Origin: Elusimicrobiota bacterium
GTDB lineage: Bacteria; CG03; SLGR01; JBDRKX01
Reading direction: 5' to 3'
DNA length: 64,000 nucleotides
Assembly (NCBI GenBank): GCA_043813605.1
Contig: JBDRKX010000047.1
Coordinates: 53,539-117,538 of the forward strand
This document shows positions 1-15,300 of this stretch, one piece after another. The notes below the pieces were generated by a model. That model did no database searches. It worked only from the letters and a program-made list of their open reading frames with translations, and was not told the origin of the DNA. A program made the translations under genes and the position numbers. The stretch's first letter is position 1; every line of letters starts with the position of its first letter.

Positions 1-300
1 GCCACAATACCTTTGAATTTCATCAGTTCGTCCCAGCTAAAAGGTTCTGCGAAATAACCCAAGGTTATATGCGGCATTCTTTCAGTGTGTTTTCCCCACT
101 CATCCCTTCTGGATGCTATAGGGTCCGTATTGTCTTCTGCAAGATATGACTGGACTTCCCAGAAAATACCCATTCCGATATCCCAGTTCAGTCCGCTCAC
201 TTCAGCTTCAAATGAAGGGGAGGCAATATCCGAAGCACGCGCCACTTCATCTTCCTTTATACCGCCCTGGGTAGTCAGGTGCAGTAATTCAGGTGCGACA
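1..300 (-). other. 2H phosphoesterase (LigT/CPDase-like) domain with paired H-x-T-x motifs; truncated by the window edge
   Basis: APELLHLTTQGG (verified at 241-300) and RMPHITLGYF (verified at 41-70). Confidence 0.45.
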
Positions 301-3300
301 AAAACGATCTTTTCCGGGAACGCATATTCAAGTTCTTCCTGGAATTTCCGCATACGGTCTCTTACCGGACCTTCAGGGATAAAATATACTTCAGTTATTC
401 CCTCTTTCTTTGTTTTACCTTTTTCCGGCTGTACAAGCCCGTCTTTTCCTATATACCTCTTCGTCTCTGTCAGATCGCGCTCTGTGATCTCTTTTACCCT
501 GCTGTTTCTCTTCACTATCTCATCATGCGCTTCTTTATAATGATCGTTTCTGACAAACGCTTTAACAGGACCTGCAACAGCACTGGGTATATCCTCTATG
601 ATTTTTTCATCTTCTGTTTCTTCAGCGGGTTTCAGCTCCAATTTAATGAAATTAACCAGGCCTGTTTGCCTGTTCTCATCAAGTGCTTTTTTTGTCTTAT
701 CATAGTTTGCGTTAAAATAGTCAGTAAAATCGTGTTCTTCTTCCTCTACATCTTTTACTATAAGTCCTTTTACTGATGCCCGTTTCACATAACCGTCTCT
801 TACAAGACTGTTTACACTGAAGAAGATCCTGGGTTCAGATACCAAATTTATTACCAGGTTAGATTTTCCGCCGGCAACCGCTTTGTCTATAAGAGATCTC
901 ATTACAGCAGTATGCCACCTGATATCTCTGGCCCAGTCATAGAGCACTATCTCTGTTTCTATAAGCGTGTCCCCGTCTTCTTTCAGGTTGATCTTGCCTA
1001 TAAGATCACCTTTTTCGTCACGGATCCTGTGGTTATATTCGTAATCCCCGCGTTCCGGTGTAAATACAAATCTTTCCGGCATTACTGTTTCTTTAGCGAT
1101 TATACCTAACGGGAGATCGTAGAATTTAGCGATATTACGGTTATAGAATATATGGAATATTACAGCAGCAATAGTGCCGTATACCATACCCACAACAGGT
1201 ACGGAAGCCATTAGCGCTCCGACGCCTATGACAACCGACATCACCGCGGCAAATACCCCGAGTATGATCCTGTCCTGCCAGACAGCTTTCACCGGGTACC
1301 CGTATTTATGGTAATAGACTCCCGGATGGAGAAGAACGAATAAGAACGAGGTAAACGCACCAGAAACGGCAAGGCTGCCGAGCAGGTCGTATCCCGTGAA
1401 CATATTCACAAGATACGATACGAATCCCAATACCCCGGCAAACATCAGTGTCTCGTAAAACGCGAGTTTTGGGGGTTCTTTTGCTACGCGTTCCGGATGC
1501 CAGTACGGGCTGAACGCGGCAGGCACTCCTTTTTTTACAGCTTGTACTTTATCCTTGAGAGTATCATGGAATTCTCTGGGAAAGAGAGCCAGTGCCTGAT
1601 TGATATCATCTCCGTACGTTTTTGCAATATCTTCTGCCAGCCGGTCAAAAGCGCGCACCGATTCTTCAGAATCACCCTGTAGAAACTCTATAATGTTCTC
1701 ATCAAGTCCTTCATTCGCTTTATGCCGTTCATATACAACTTCCAGTCCCAGCAGCCTGTACGCGTTCCTGACACCTATATCTATGTTCTTAAGATTCTTT
1801 TCTGTAAGTTCCGATTCCTGGTTCCTGAACTCAGAAAACTTCTTCATTGCAATGGCTTTGCCGACAAGATCGTCACCGAAAATATTCTCTATAAAATACC
1901 GTATCTGTTTTAATGACGGTTTACGATCAGAAGTAACAGGGATACCCATAGTAACAAGCGGCATTCCTTTATCCGGATCGCTTAAATTGTTAATAAACGA
2001 GAATATCCACCACAGATTAAGTTTCATCATATCTGCATCCAGATACCCGTTTTTATCCAGGAAGGCCGTTAAGGATTTAAACTCAATAGTAGGATCTTTC
2101 TCACCCAGCGTGATAAAAGCAAAATGGTCTTCCGCTACTTTCTTTCGTAAATTCGGGAGCCTGCTCAGGTATTCATCATTAGGCATCTTAATAGATGAAT
2201 TAGTAAGGCCCTTGTAACCGAGATTGGATAAAACAGCCCACATCGATTCGTATACCTTTATCATATGGACAAAATTGTCTATATCCAATTCCAGCCGGTT
2301 TTTATCCCCGTCTCTAACAATCGGCATTGATTTTAGTCCTGCATGCGCATGAAGACTCGCAAATCCGGACTTTACAAAATTCCGGATATTCTTCATTTCA
2401 TTTATGAGCGTATTCCAGTCCTCCACGGTGTTCGTGTGGAAGGTATCTACCATTGACTGTGTTTTAAACTCGAAAAGGCTCCTTGATTCGTCACTCAATT
2501 CCCAGCCGGGTGCAGCTGCACTTTTATTCAGCCTGATATGATTCCAGTATTCATTTTTTATTATCCAGTAATATTTTCCGGGAAGTATATTTTTTGTTTC
2601 CCAGAGATTCCAGTCTGCTTCAGTCAATGGCGGAAGGTTCTCATCTTCAAACACGCCTTCAAGAAAGTCCCTTGAATAGAGGTTCTTTATTTCAGGCTGT
2701 ACATAGAACTCCAATTCAAGCGAGAATGTCGCATCACCCGGTTTCCTGAAAGGAAGCGGTAAGAGGCCCGCATTATCTTTTAAATCGACTTTATCCATTA
2801 AACTGTACAGTTCTTCTGTCTCTTCATCTGAGATGTTCCTGATATTGACCAGATAGAGAAGCAGTTTCTGCTGTTCATTTTCCGGAAGATGAGCCGTTGA
2901 GCTCAGGAGATACTGCTTATGGAGTTCAGGATAATCTTCGGGGATAACTTTTTCTATCGGAGAGGGTTTACGACCGGCCGGTTTGTCTTCGCCGGAACCC
3001 TTTGCCGTTATCATATTGCTAACCGCTTCCTGTTTCGATGAAAGGTCTTTCGGGGTAATTATCTTGGTCTCCAGCATTTCCTTCAGGACAGATAAGCTGG
3101 AAACTGGCTCAATACCAGTTTTCCCAAGGAGGCCGGCAATATGCTGTATATCTTTGCTTTTTATCTGCCCTGTCTTTAAAAGGGCCTCGATTATTGAATA
3201 ACTCTCGTCTATATTTTCATTGTTCTCCGCTATTGAAAGCATATCGTAAACCGCGCCGTTATCTATGAGGTTATCTTTATAAAGGCGGTTTATCGTATCC

Positions 3301-6300
3301 CAGAACTGCGGATTATTCCTGATCCCGTCATATTTTTCGCCCCTGAGCATGTCATGTAACAATTCAACTATCTTGCCTGTTAATGTTTTATTCCCGGAAT
3401 AATCAGCGCCCGTCTCTATTTCGAATGTCCGCCGGACGAGTGTTTCCAGGACGGCTATCCTCTGGTTTAAAAACTCTATTATTTCTTTTGCATCATCATC
3501 CGGATATCCGGCTTCTTTGATAAAAGCAGAAAAATTATTTTTAATTGATTTAAAATAATTTATCGATTCCTCAAGAGCCTGAATATCGTATGAGTCATGG
3601 GATTCAATACGGGAGACCACATTTGAGTAATAATAAAGAAAGTCCGCAAAATTCATGTTCGTATCGAATCCTGCATCGTTGTCAAAGATAACAGGGACAT
3701 CAAACACTCTTATCGAGTTTGAACCATGCTGGTCCCACTTGCCTATCAAAGCATTAAATACGAGTTGCGCGCTTCTGCCTTTCCTGGAGTCACTGTAAAC
3801 GAGTTCTTCCTTTTTATAGTCCTGGGCGACTCTTGTAAGGAAATATCCTTTTTCACTGCTTCCGACATTTTTCAATTTCCTTGATTCTTCGGAAGAGAGC
3901 GATCTTATCTCTACAGTGTCGACTCTGCCTCTGCCCAAAAGATAGCCCAGCAGTTCCCTTTTGTAATCGTTACGGTTTCTATGATTCCCTATCTTATAAT
4001 GCCCCCCGCGCTTCTTTACGAGAAAAACATTGCCTGCTTCATCAATAACAGCCGGAAACCCCCTGGGATTGCAGTTCTGCCCGAATTTCGCTTCAAGTTT
4101 TTTATTGCCGATCATGCTGTAGCTGTGCGGCGTATCAGACCTGACACCTGATTCTGCCAGTACCGTAATCGGCTCCGAATAGAAAGATATCATTTCCCTG
4201 GCGCGTTCTGCGATTGCTTGTGCGGATACTAAAGCTTCTGTTATCTCCTCATTACCTAGCAACGCATCTCTTATTTGATGATCCGGTATAAGTATTTCCC
4301 AAAGTTCATGACTCAATTTCTTCTCATATACCGTGAGATTGCCGCCTTTTTCTTCTGCCATACCGGCGTCTACGATATACGCTCTCATACCAAGCGATCG
4401 GGTCATCCCTATCATTATGTTTGACGGGTTCCATAGATCGTCAACATAAATACCGCTAAAACTCAGATCTCTCACCAACTGCCTGATAAGCTCGAGATTA
4501 TCCGCATTCAGATCTATACGCGGATCATTTATTGAATGGCCGTAAACCCTTTCTGATACTATATATACAAGCTTATCGGTACGGACGATCTCTATCGGAC
4601 GCGGCGCCAATCCTTCCTTGTAGAGCTCTTCGAGCATCCTGTATTCTTCTTTTGCACTGTTAAAGTAGATCTCTTTGTTAATTATTTTGATGACAAGGTC
4701 TTCATTAAAAGGATGTATGAATACAGTACCGTACTCACCGCTTTTTATGAGTTCGGCATTTCTTGATTCACCCGCTATCTCTACTTTAAGTTCGCTCTCT
4801 GCCTTTTCATAGGAAAGTTTAATTTCTCTAGCAGGTTTTGCCATCGCTTTTGCAGGTCTTTCAGCCATAAACTCTTCAACCTGCCAGGCAAGTGCTTCTT
4901 CCCTTTCTTTGTATGTCTTACCGTTTATCTCTTTAATAAAATTACCCAGTCTGCCTTGGAATATTACGTAGAGTGCATCTATGAGACGGTTTTCAGAATA
5001 TTTGCCGGTAGACTGGGAGTATGTGAAGAAATCATACAGGAATTCAGCCCATAATTCTGAATCAAGATTGCTTATGTTTTCCAGTCTACCTGCTATTCGA
5101 GGTGAGATTTCGGCTATTATCTCTTTTATTTCCGGGAATTTATCATCATATTGTTTTATCAGATTAGCGTAATACTCGCGGGGATATTGTATTTTTTCAT
5201 CAGACGCATTATTTATTAATTCCTCAAAAACGCTATCTTCCGGAGGAGCTCTCTCTTCCAGTAGTCTTTCCTCTCGCACTAACTCCAGTATCTCTTTCAT
5301 CACTGTTCTGAATCTATCAGCCGGGTCTACCGGTTTGTGTATTTTTCGCAGAGGAATAGCCACATGAACTATTGCTGAGCCGTTTCTCTGTGCATTCAGC
5401 GCCCAGGCGCCTTCCGCCTTATACGCTTTATCAGCCATCATTGCTGATAAAACAGCCGGATCCCGCACAAGATTCTTAATAAAATCAGCAGAAAATGCAT
5501 ACTCACCGCCGCCTGCCTGTCTGAATCGGCCGTATAACGGGTAAAGTACCAGATCCATCACGCCTGCATCATCATTCCGGTAATCCCTTATATATGAAGA
5601 ACCTACATACTGTTTGTGATCCCTATATACAGGCTCTAAATACGCTTTTACCCATTCGGGATCGATATTCTCTATATCGCCGTCAAATGTGACCCATGCA
5701 TCAGCTTTCAGGAGATTTACAATCTCCCAACCCAGCATCTGTCCCCAGAATTTTCCTTTGATCGCTCCCGGCTTGATCCATGATACCAGTTCGACATTAT
5801 CCACATTGTCTATTGAACTTCTGTCTATTTGCGACAATGTCTGTTTACTTGGTTTTTCTCCGCTAAGGACGATCATAGCCCTTTTCCCGGGATAATATTC
5901 AGCAAGTCCTTCCAATACCGTATCTATACCATGGTTTATCAACTCCAGGGGTTCTTTATTGTAATTAAGCTGTATGACAATGTCCGCTTTATCAATATCC
6001 ACCACTTTTCTCAATTGTTTTTGGCGGAATCTGCTGAATGTTCTTAATTTGTCTTTATAGTCTGAGAATCTACCCGCTAACTCCTTAGTATTGATCAGCA
6101 TTTCTTCTTCCGGGATCTTTCTGGGAAACAGGCCGGTAAAGAACCTTTTTATTCTCTGGTTTATGGACGCGAATAATGAAACTTCTTCTTTTTCCAGGAT
6201 ATATTCAGGTTCTATTTTTTCAAGTGCATCAACAGATTCTAATTCCACATAATCTTCGGCATCCACATAAAGCGGATTAGATGCAGTAAATTCCGAGAGC

Positions 6301-9300
6301 CTTCCTTTATATACAGGATATCCGGTATCTTCGGCATCACCTGCTTCTGCCCGTTTAACATATACTGCAACTTTGTCCAGCGGTATTTCCCACTTTATAA
6401 TATCGAATATCTGTTTTCTCAATGAGACCATTGCCGGATGCATGTTCTCAAAATGTTCTATTCCGTTAATCCTGATAGATATCAGTTTATCTCCGAATAT
6501 AGGCTCACCGGCTGCATCCAGCCCGAGTGAACCGTTTGAATCGACTATCTTATCATCCAACTGGCTGAATCCTATCAATTTCGCAATATACCTGGCTAAT
6601 CCTGACTCGAAATACCTGTGGAATTGTGCCAGGTAATCAGTCTCCTGTTTAGCACAGCTTATAGAAATCAAATACGGAAAATTCGGATGTTTGCTGGCTT
6701 TGCGCATCATATCCTGCCACAACTGAAGGTCCTTTGATCCCGGCCACAACTGTAATACAAGGTTGGTTCTGCCTGTAAAAGCCTTATATAATTTCCAGAA
6801 CAGGTACTGCCCGGTTAATGTAAGATAGTTTTTCGCGCCCCTGCTGTATCCGTTGAGAGCCGCATTCTGAATAAGTCCCGTCGCAAGTCCCGATTTAAAC
6901 TCATCCGGTTTCAGTTCACCATTTTCATCAAAGAACATAGTCGAGATCATATATGTGGTGAACAGGCCGCCCACGCTTATTCCCATCGGGATTATAATCT
7001 TCTTGTCCGCGAACAGGCCGTCGCCATTGTTCAGATGATCGTATGCCTGCCAGATATGTTCTGCTATGTTTTCCCGCAGGGTCTTTTTTATCGTCTTGAA
7101 TATCTGATCAGGATATGAATGTCCCGCAATGAGTACCGAATGGTTCTTAATAAGATCCAAGCCTGTTCCGCTTATATAGTATATACCGAAAAGCCTGTCA
7201 TAAGAGTATCTCTTGATCCACCCGTGTATAGCATCGAGCTCTATCTTTCCCTGTGTAAAGATTATCGCGGATTCAGTTCCGTCATCAAACCATAATTCAA
7301 GGTCCTCGTCTTCAACCTCTCTTTTCTGTCGAGGGGGAAAAACACTTGCAAATATTTTTTTGATACGGCTGGGTTTGGCAATATCGACCGGGTGGGTATA
7401 TGCAATGATATAATCTTCTACATACTGGACTGTCTTATTGAACGCTTCTATATCTCCGCGGGCATAATACTGCTCCAGGAACAATAGAATACGCTGCACC
7501 TTTGGATCCTCTTTCATTTCAGCATCTTCCACTTTCTTGATGATATCATTGACCTTCCTGCCCAGCATCTTCTTCCTGGCAAAAGTCAGCCAATGCCCGG
7601 GAGCTACAAACCTGAACGTCTTATGCCAAATCTCAACCTGTTTTTCTTCAATATTTACGAAATCGAGCTCATTATACTTCTTGGCGTTGTCCATGGCGTC
7701 CATGAACTGCCTTATTACCTGAGCCGTGCCCCTGTACCTTACATTATCCCCCTGGACATCTTTACCGACAATTACATTATCGTATTCCGAAACATATTGC
7801 TTCATTCCGAGAAAAACAGAGAGCAATGATTCGTCTTCAATATCCCACAGGAAACTGTCTGCCGTAGAATCACCCATTGCCAGTATCATACCTACGGTAT
7901 GTTTTCTCCTGATGAAATCCCTGACGCCGTCAGACTTGTTATAGAGGCTCATCTTCATAAAAGCATCACCGAAACTCGGATAGTACTCGTTTTTGGGAAG
8001 TTCTATTCCTCTTGCCGAAAGTATGCTCAATGCCTCGTTGAGCGCCATCTTTGTGTCTATACTGTCCAGTTTATTGTCATTATCAAGTATTACCAGCTCC
8101 GAATCGAATACCTGTATTTCCGTACTTGAGTATCTTTTTATAGCATTCTTGAATATCTGGTTGACATCGGTATAATTACCCGCTTCTTCCAATGCCGTGA
8201 CAGCTTTTTCAAACACATCCTGTCTGATGATCACATTATTAAACAGTTTCAGGTAAGCGATCGTGAACGCTCTTGCAATTTCAAACTGCATTTTAGGATC
8301 GAATGTTTTTTTTGTGTCTTCAGAAGTCTTTCTTTCAACTATTTTCTCTTTTCCGTTATATGTAAAAGAGGTATTCTGTGCGCCTGAAAGAGATATGATC
8401 TCAAGGTTCTCCATATACTTTTCAGTAACATTCTTTTTCATCAACTCCAGTATAGGCTTAATAACACGGGTATTAACCGCTTCTTTTTCAAATCGGATCT
8501 GCTTTTTGATGTGTTTTTCAGAATCCGGTGAATCGTATATCTTAACAGTCTTGATCTCTTCCGCCTGTGTACCGCTCACAAGAAGCACTTTTATTCCTGC
8601 TTCAAGTGCTTCTACGACAATTTTAAGGTTATCTCCTTCAAGCGGAGAAAGCTCGTCACGGGTAAGCGTCCGGTTAATATCAAGGACGATAGTCCTCAGA
8701 TCTACTTGTCTATCGGATTTTATCAGATTATCCAGCGCACTGGTTTTTTCGGTTATCGGTTCTTTACCCACGATCAACCGGCGATATTTTTTGGCCTGAA
8801 TAAATCTTACCCATGGACTTTCGGATATCTTATTAAAATACAATTCCTCGTCGATATCTGTGGCAGAAGGGATAATATTTACGGCACCGTCATCCACATA
8901 ATAGGCTTTCAGTTCACCGTTGTTTATCTTCCCTATGACTATATTATCCGGTTTCCAGCCGAAATCTTTCACATTTACATTGTTATCTATCAGCCCTCTT
9001 ATCAATCTACGTACCAGCTCCATTTCTTCCGTTGTCATCGAGCCGGCTTTTATATTCAATGTCTTTCCTACAACCCGCTCTGAGACAATATACTTGAAAG
9101 AACCGGCAAAACCTTTACTGATTATTCCGGGAGACAATCCCAATCCGGACAGTTTTTCAAGCATCCTTACTTCTTCAATAAAAGTGTTTTCAATACTGTC
9201 TTCGACATCCCACCTGCCTATTTTTATTACCCTGTCCGGATAGAACGGATGGACAAAAGCGCCTCTTGAAATATGTTCCGCCTCTTTTCTGATACCTTCC

Positions 9301-12300
9301 ATTTCTATAATCAGCCGGTTTTGACTGTCATCATATTGAAGAACGGGTTCTTCGGCAGGTTTTTCTGCAACTATTGCAAGCGGTATCTTTGGAAGGAAAT
9401 CGAATCTAGTGGCTATATGCCTGTTATAGAAATGTACAGATATGTTTCCTATGGAATGTAATAGCGCTAATATTCCGGCTACAGCTATTGCCGGAGTAAT
9501 CCCCTGACTTAAAAGAGTCAGGGCTACCGGTACAGCCATAGCCATCGAATGGACCGCAAGGATTATCCGGTCCAGCCGCGTAGCTTTTGCGGGTGGAGCG
9601 TTTATATCATAATACACCCGCCTGTGGGCGATGAGGAAGATGATCGTAGCAATAGAACCTGCGCCTAATGATGCCAGTACATTGTTGATATCAAAAGTGC
9701 TTCCAAGTAACGCCAGCCCGCCTGCAACAAATCCGAGCCCGTATGTCTCTGCGGCTTCGATCAATCTCCGGCCGATTATACTATGCACCCATCTTTCGGG
9801 CCAGTACGGACTGATTGCCAGCGGAGGTTTCCCGTCATATATCACTTCTTGAGAAAGCGTTTCCAGCCGCCGGGCTTCAAGGTATTCAAGTAATGTATGC
9901 CGTAACATAGATACTCTTTCAGCAAGGTCGACAGTAGTCTTGTTCAACTCGGCTATCAGAAACTTGACCTTATCTATATCCAGCCCTTCCCCGTTTTCTA
10001 TCCAATAATCAGAAAGGTCCCTGTTATCGATCACATTGTCTACTTCTCCCTTTATGACCTGTTCGAACGAGGTGAGTGTTTCCCTGATACTTCTCTTCCT
10101 GCCTGTCTCTGTAAGCCCGCGGTACATACGACGCGACAACCTTATCATACGGTCTTCTTCGAGATCATCAAAGTCCGCCTGGATAAAGAATTTCCTCACA
10201 CTTATACCTTCGGGTATTATCTCATCCATTTTCTTGCTTATCGCAAAAACGCCTTCAGCTATTACCAGTTTCTGTCCAGGCTGGAGTTTGACTGTTTTAT
10301 ATCCCACCCGTTTTCTCAGATTCCGGTCGTAATCAGGTATTTGGGTTTCTTTTCCTGCGAGAAGATCGCTGATATTCTTTTCAAGAAGTCCAAAATCATA
10401 AGGCCCGTTTTCAGTTGATTCAGCCACCAGGACAAACCTGGGATCGTTTTTATCAAAATTATATATACCCATACCTATTAACAGGTTACCCTCAGCTATA
10501 TCTTCGACCATCATGGTTTTCCCCGCGCCGGACAGGCCCCCGAGCAGTACAAGGCTGCCGTCAGGCATATCATCCGTAAGCCGCTTGAGTAAACCATCTT
10601 CATACGATATCTTTTGCGGTATTTTTGCAGCAGGTTTTACTTCTTCAGCTTCAGCAGTTTTTTCTGGAACTGCAGGATATTCTTTCCCTTCAGGCGTTCC
10701 CATAGTAACAAGTACTTTATGCCGTTTCCCGTCATTGACGAGGAGAATACCTTCTGCCGTTTCTATCCAGACTCCGTCCATTTCAATTTTTCCGATACCG
10801 GAGGAAACTACATCAGGATTTATCACTTCGATTTCATAGACAGATTTACCATATCTTTTTAAAACCTTAAACCCTTTTGCTCCCCACTCTTCGGGAAGCA
10901 CCGGATCGATAAACAGCCTGCTGCCGTCCCTGAATTTTAATCCCAGCATACTTTCCACCATTATCCTGAAGATCCAGCCGGCAGATCCCGTATACCCTGT
11001 CCATCCCGCCACGCCCTCGGGACTTATATCAGCAGCGGCGACATACGGCTCGCCCCTATAGTTTCTGTCCTTTGCATGTTCCGCAGGATTCAGAACCCTG
11101 TATACTTTCCATAATAGATCAGCGTATTTCCTTTGATCCTTGGAGCCGGTATCCTGACGCGCGATTATTGAAAGGGCCTGCACCATCCATACTATACCAT
11201 GGGTATATTGCCCGCCGTTTTCCCTGTCGCCGGGGTAATATTTTCCAAGATGCCCTTCCGGAAAATCTTCATTTCCGTTCACAGGTCTATCAAAAAGCCT
11301 TATGATATTTAGATTTTCATCATATAGTTCATCAAGCGCTGTCATAAATGCTTTTTTGGCAAGCTTTTCACCGACCGCACCGGATATTACGGACCAGGCT
11401 TGAGGTAAAGCAAATAGTTTTCTTATCCCGATACCCTTATCAGTAAAAGCCCTGATAAACCATCTCTTTCTCAGTCCTTTTTTAGCCAGTGCATATTTTT
11501 CTATATTTTTCGAGAGTTCACTAGCTCTTGATTTATATTCTCCGGCAGTTTCACTATCGCCTTTCTTTTCTGCCAGCGCGGCAAAATCCATCAGGGTCTT
11601 ATACAGAAAAAATGCAAGCCAGACACTTTCTCCTTTGCCTTTGATTCCTACTGCATCCAGCCCGTCGTTCCAGTCACCGGATCCTATCAAAGGAAGTCCG
11701 TGTTCCCCCATCCTTTTATTGATGACAAAGTCAATGGACTTTTTCGCGTGTCCATACACTGAAGCCGTCTGCTCTGGATCATCCGAAGAAATAAATTGCG
11801 TGACATAGTCTTTTTCATCCGCATTAAGAAGCCTGCCGCTCAGATACGGTATTTTCTCATCAAGGATATCCATATCACCCGTTACATCGACATAGTGCGC
11901 CAGGCCGTATGACAGCCACAGAAGATTATCCGATATACGTGTTCTTATTCCCAGGCTGACTTCCTTGCCATTTTCATTTATTCCGTAATCATGCCACCAG
12001 TGAAGGACATCTCCTTCAGGGAACTGCCTGGCCGCACACTTTATAAGATGTTCACGGGCCCTCTTGATATCTTCAGGAGTATTTGATGAAGCCAATGTCA
12101 GCACTGTCTGCAACTGATCCCTGAAACCAAAGGCACCTCCGGGCTGATAGAAACCGGTCTTTCCGAGATAATGCCATACAACTGCCTGATAACGCATCCA
12201 ATCTATCATCTTATTGAAGTTTTTATCAGGTGTTTCAACAACAAGATCATTCAGATAAGAATTCCAATTTCTCTGCCCTTTATTAAAAGTCTCACTAATA

Positions 12301-15300
12301 CTGGAAGGATCACTGTATTTTTTCATCAGTTCAGCAGCTCCGACTCCTGCTGCATCGTTTTCCGTCATGCCAAGTATATAAGTTACCCTGGACTTATACT
12401 CATTTTTTTCATTAAGGTTAAGCCTCACTGTTATCCCGGAAAACGGATCTGCCGCTGTCCTGAACACATCATTTCCCGCTGTAATAACAGAAGCGTCTTC
12501 CGCTATTACATTATGAAATGCTATCGAGTCAGGAACCAGCGCATCGGGATTGCGCGCCAATATTGTATCGTGTCTAACCTCAGTTTTCGTGTTATCTACG
12601 GCATTATTATAATCCCTGCTTAATGCCCACTTAAGAAAACTGCCTATCTCTATCTCTTTACTGCCCTCAGTTTTATCACCAAGATATTCGATATCGATAT
12701 CCCAGAATTCGACAGGCTCATTGTCGCCGGAGACGAACATCGTCATAGAGATCTTCCAGGTGTCTTTCTTATCATATATGTATTTGATATATCCCTGGCC
12801 TATTTCAACCTTATATACATTTTGATCCCTGTCTGGCTTAGGATTTGCAGCTATTGACCATTCCCGGCCGGTCTGGATGTCTTTTACAAGAACGCCTCTC
12901 AGAGGTTCTTCTGTAACTATATCCGGTTCGGCCGCAGTTACTCTCTTCTGCTGGGCATTACCATTAAAACTGAACACCGACCCTGCGGCGGTAGCGGCAA
13001 AACCGTATCCCGATTCATTGGCCACCACCTGGGTATAGGGTTTACCCGTTGCAAAAGGATCTTCTAATGTATAGGCGCGGCCGTCTTCTGAAAATATTCC
13101 GGCGGCTTTCTTTTCTTCCTTCGGTTCAGGGATTTCTCTTTTCATCCTCCATTGACGCCGGGCATGGGATGCGAACCAATCCATATATTTTTTCAAGCGC
13201 ACTTCCCGGAGAACTGCTTTATGAGTTTTTTCGCCTGCCGCCTGTTCCTGCTCTTTCAGATAATTATCATCCCTGTATTTGCCCAGCAGGCTTTTTACTT
13301 CCTTTCCATTTGAAGCCCTTCCGATCATAAATGTCATGCTTTTTTCACTGCCAGCCTTCAGTCTCATTTTCTTTGACAGGGCGCCGGCAGGATCCCTGAC
13401 ATAACTGGTCCCGGATATCAGTCCTTTTATCATTGCTATGGGTGATGACAGATTTCTAAGGCGCCCTATGAAGTTCATCCTGCTTTCAGCATGGCTGTCA
13501 ACTTGCCCGTCTCCGCCTATAGCGAAGAAGCCGAAAGGCTGCTGGTCCTGAGCATCTCCTGTAACCCTGCGGCGGGCGGTTATTACTTTCAGCTCTTTAT
13601 CGTAAGAAGCCCCTAACGTGAGTTTTCTGAATATAGTCGCATCCTTCCAGGCTACCATATGATCCATAATCCATTCAAGGTAACCGATAATATCCAGTTC
13701 CCGGTCAGTACCTGTATTGTTTATAAGCTGCACTTCCCATACCTCAACCGGATCATTCTTCGATACAAACCCGCTAACCTCAACTTTTATCTCACCTTCA
13801 GGAAGTTCCAGAGTACCTGTAATAATTATCTTTCCGTCCTGTACTTTCGTATCTAACGGCTTCAGCCCGACCGGAAGCATCTCACCGGTAGCCACGTCTT
13901 TTATGTAAAATATGCGGTTGTAATAAAGAGCTTCTTCTCCGAGCCAACTCGAACCGCCGCCTTCAGATGGAGCATGGATCGTATAACCGTGATGTCCTTC
14001 AAGAGCATCAGGCAGTTCAACTCCTACCTGCTCCTGCCTGTACTGGTATTGATAGTCATAGGCATTAGCTATATCGCTTTCAACCTTTTCTTCTTCTACC
14101 GCGTATTCGGATTGAGGCGTATTTAAAATCCGTTCAACGATACCGATTCGGGAGACAGCTGATAAGAGTGCTTTTTCTGTCTTTTCATCCAAACCTGCTC
14201 CTTCTATATCTTTTTTACTCCCTGTCACTATATAATACGGTTTCTCCTCCCGGATCAATCCTTTATCAATAAGGGCCGGTATACCTTCCAGTTCATCTTC
14301 AAATACAGCTCCCCTGTTAAAAGGATTGGTATGGAATAACTCCTGCAGATACCCGCCGCTCAGCAGATTGAATATTGAAATAGCTCCCATACCTGCGGAA
14401 TGGTGCGCATATATTCTGGGCGTTATTATTTTTGTTCCATCTTCTTTAAATTCAACCGACTCATAATATCCTACAGGTGTCTTCAATCCCATCTTTTCAT
14501 ATTTTCTTAAAGCCTTAAGGGATTCTTCCGAAGCCCACGGAGCCTCCATCTGGGCCGCATACGGAGAATATACTTTACGATTGATAACTTTACCGTCAAT
14601 GTTCTGCGCGTTACCGGCGACACCTATCGGACCGTAACCGACCCAATCCCCATTATCCTTCGGATCATAGGCTGTCTCGGATTGTCCAAAAACACCTTTC
14701 ATGGAGGCCGCAAGTTGTCTCCGGGTTGTTACAGAATGGACTTTGCTCAGCATTTCGGAATCATCTTCCCGCATAATGATCCCGGGAAGCTTGACTTCAA
14801 ATGATGAGCCGTGCCACGGCAGAGCAGGGACACCGGCTCCTTCCTCATTGGTACCCTTGAGAAATCTCTTCAAGTGTTTCCAGTGATGCTCCGGCAGCTG
14901 GCCTTCCATGATTCCAAGCATACTCGCTATCCTGTTTTCACTTAAAAGAAGGTCATAATAACCGTCACTGCCATGAAGGCCACTTTCAAAACCTTCAGTT
15001 TTCCTGATGTCAGCGTGCTGCCCGACGAAATGAAGGAGTCCGTTTTCTTCATTATAAAGCCTGTCGAACCGCATATCCCTGACTATTTTCAATATCCGCG
15101 CCTGGAGTTCGGGATCGGATATACTGCCTTCCGCCATTAACATAAATGCCGCGAAATTACCGTTATCGACCGTAGATATGGCCGCTACAAAATCATCGGG
15201 ATGGATGATCTTTTTCTGTTTATTATTTCCATTCTTATACCAGCTATCCTCGTATACATATAAATATCGCGTATTGTACCAGTTATATAGATGTCCCTGG

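Noticed and set aside
13081-13260. Apparent in-frame TGA encountered while hand-translating around 13150, which could have been a gene boundary
   Set aside because: Re-derivation of the reverse complement showed I had mis-parsed one codon; the correct frame reads KKYMDWFASHARRQWRMKREIPEPKEEKK with no stop.
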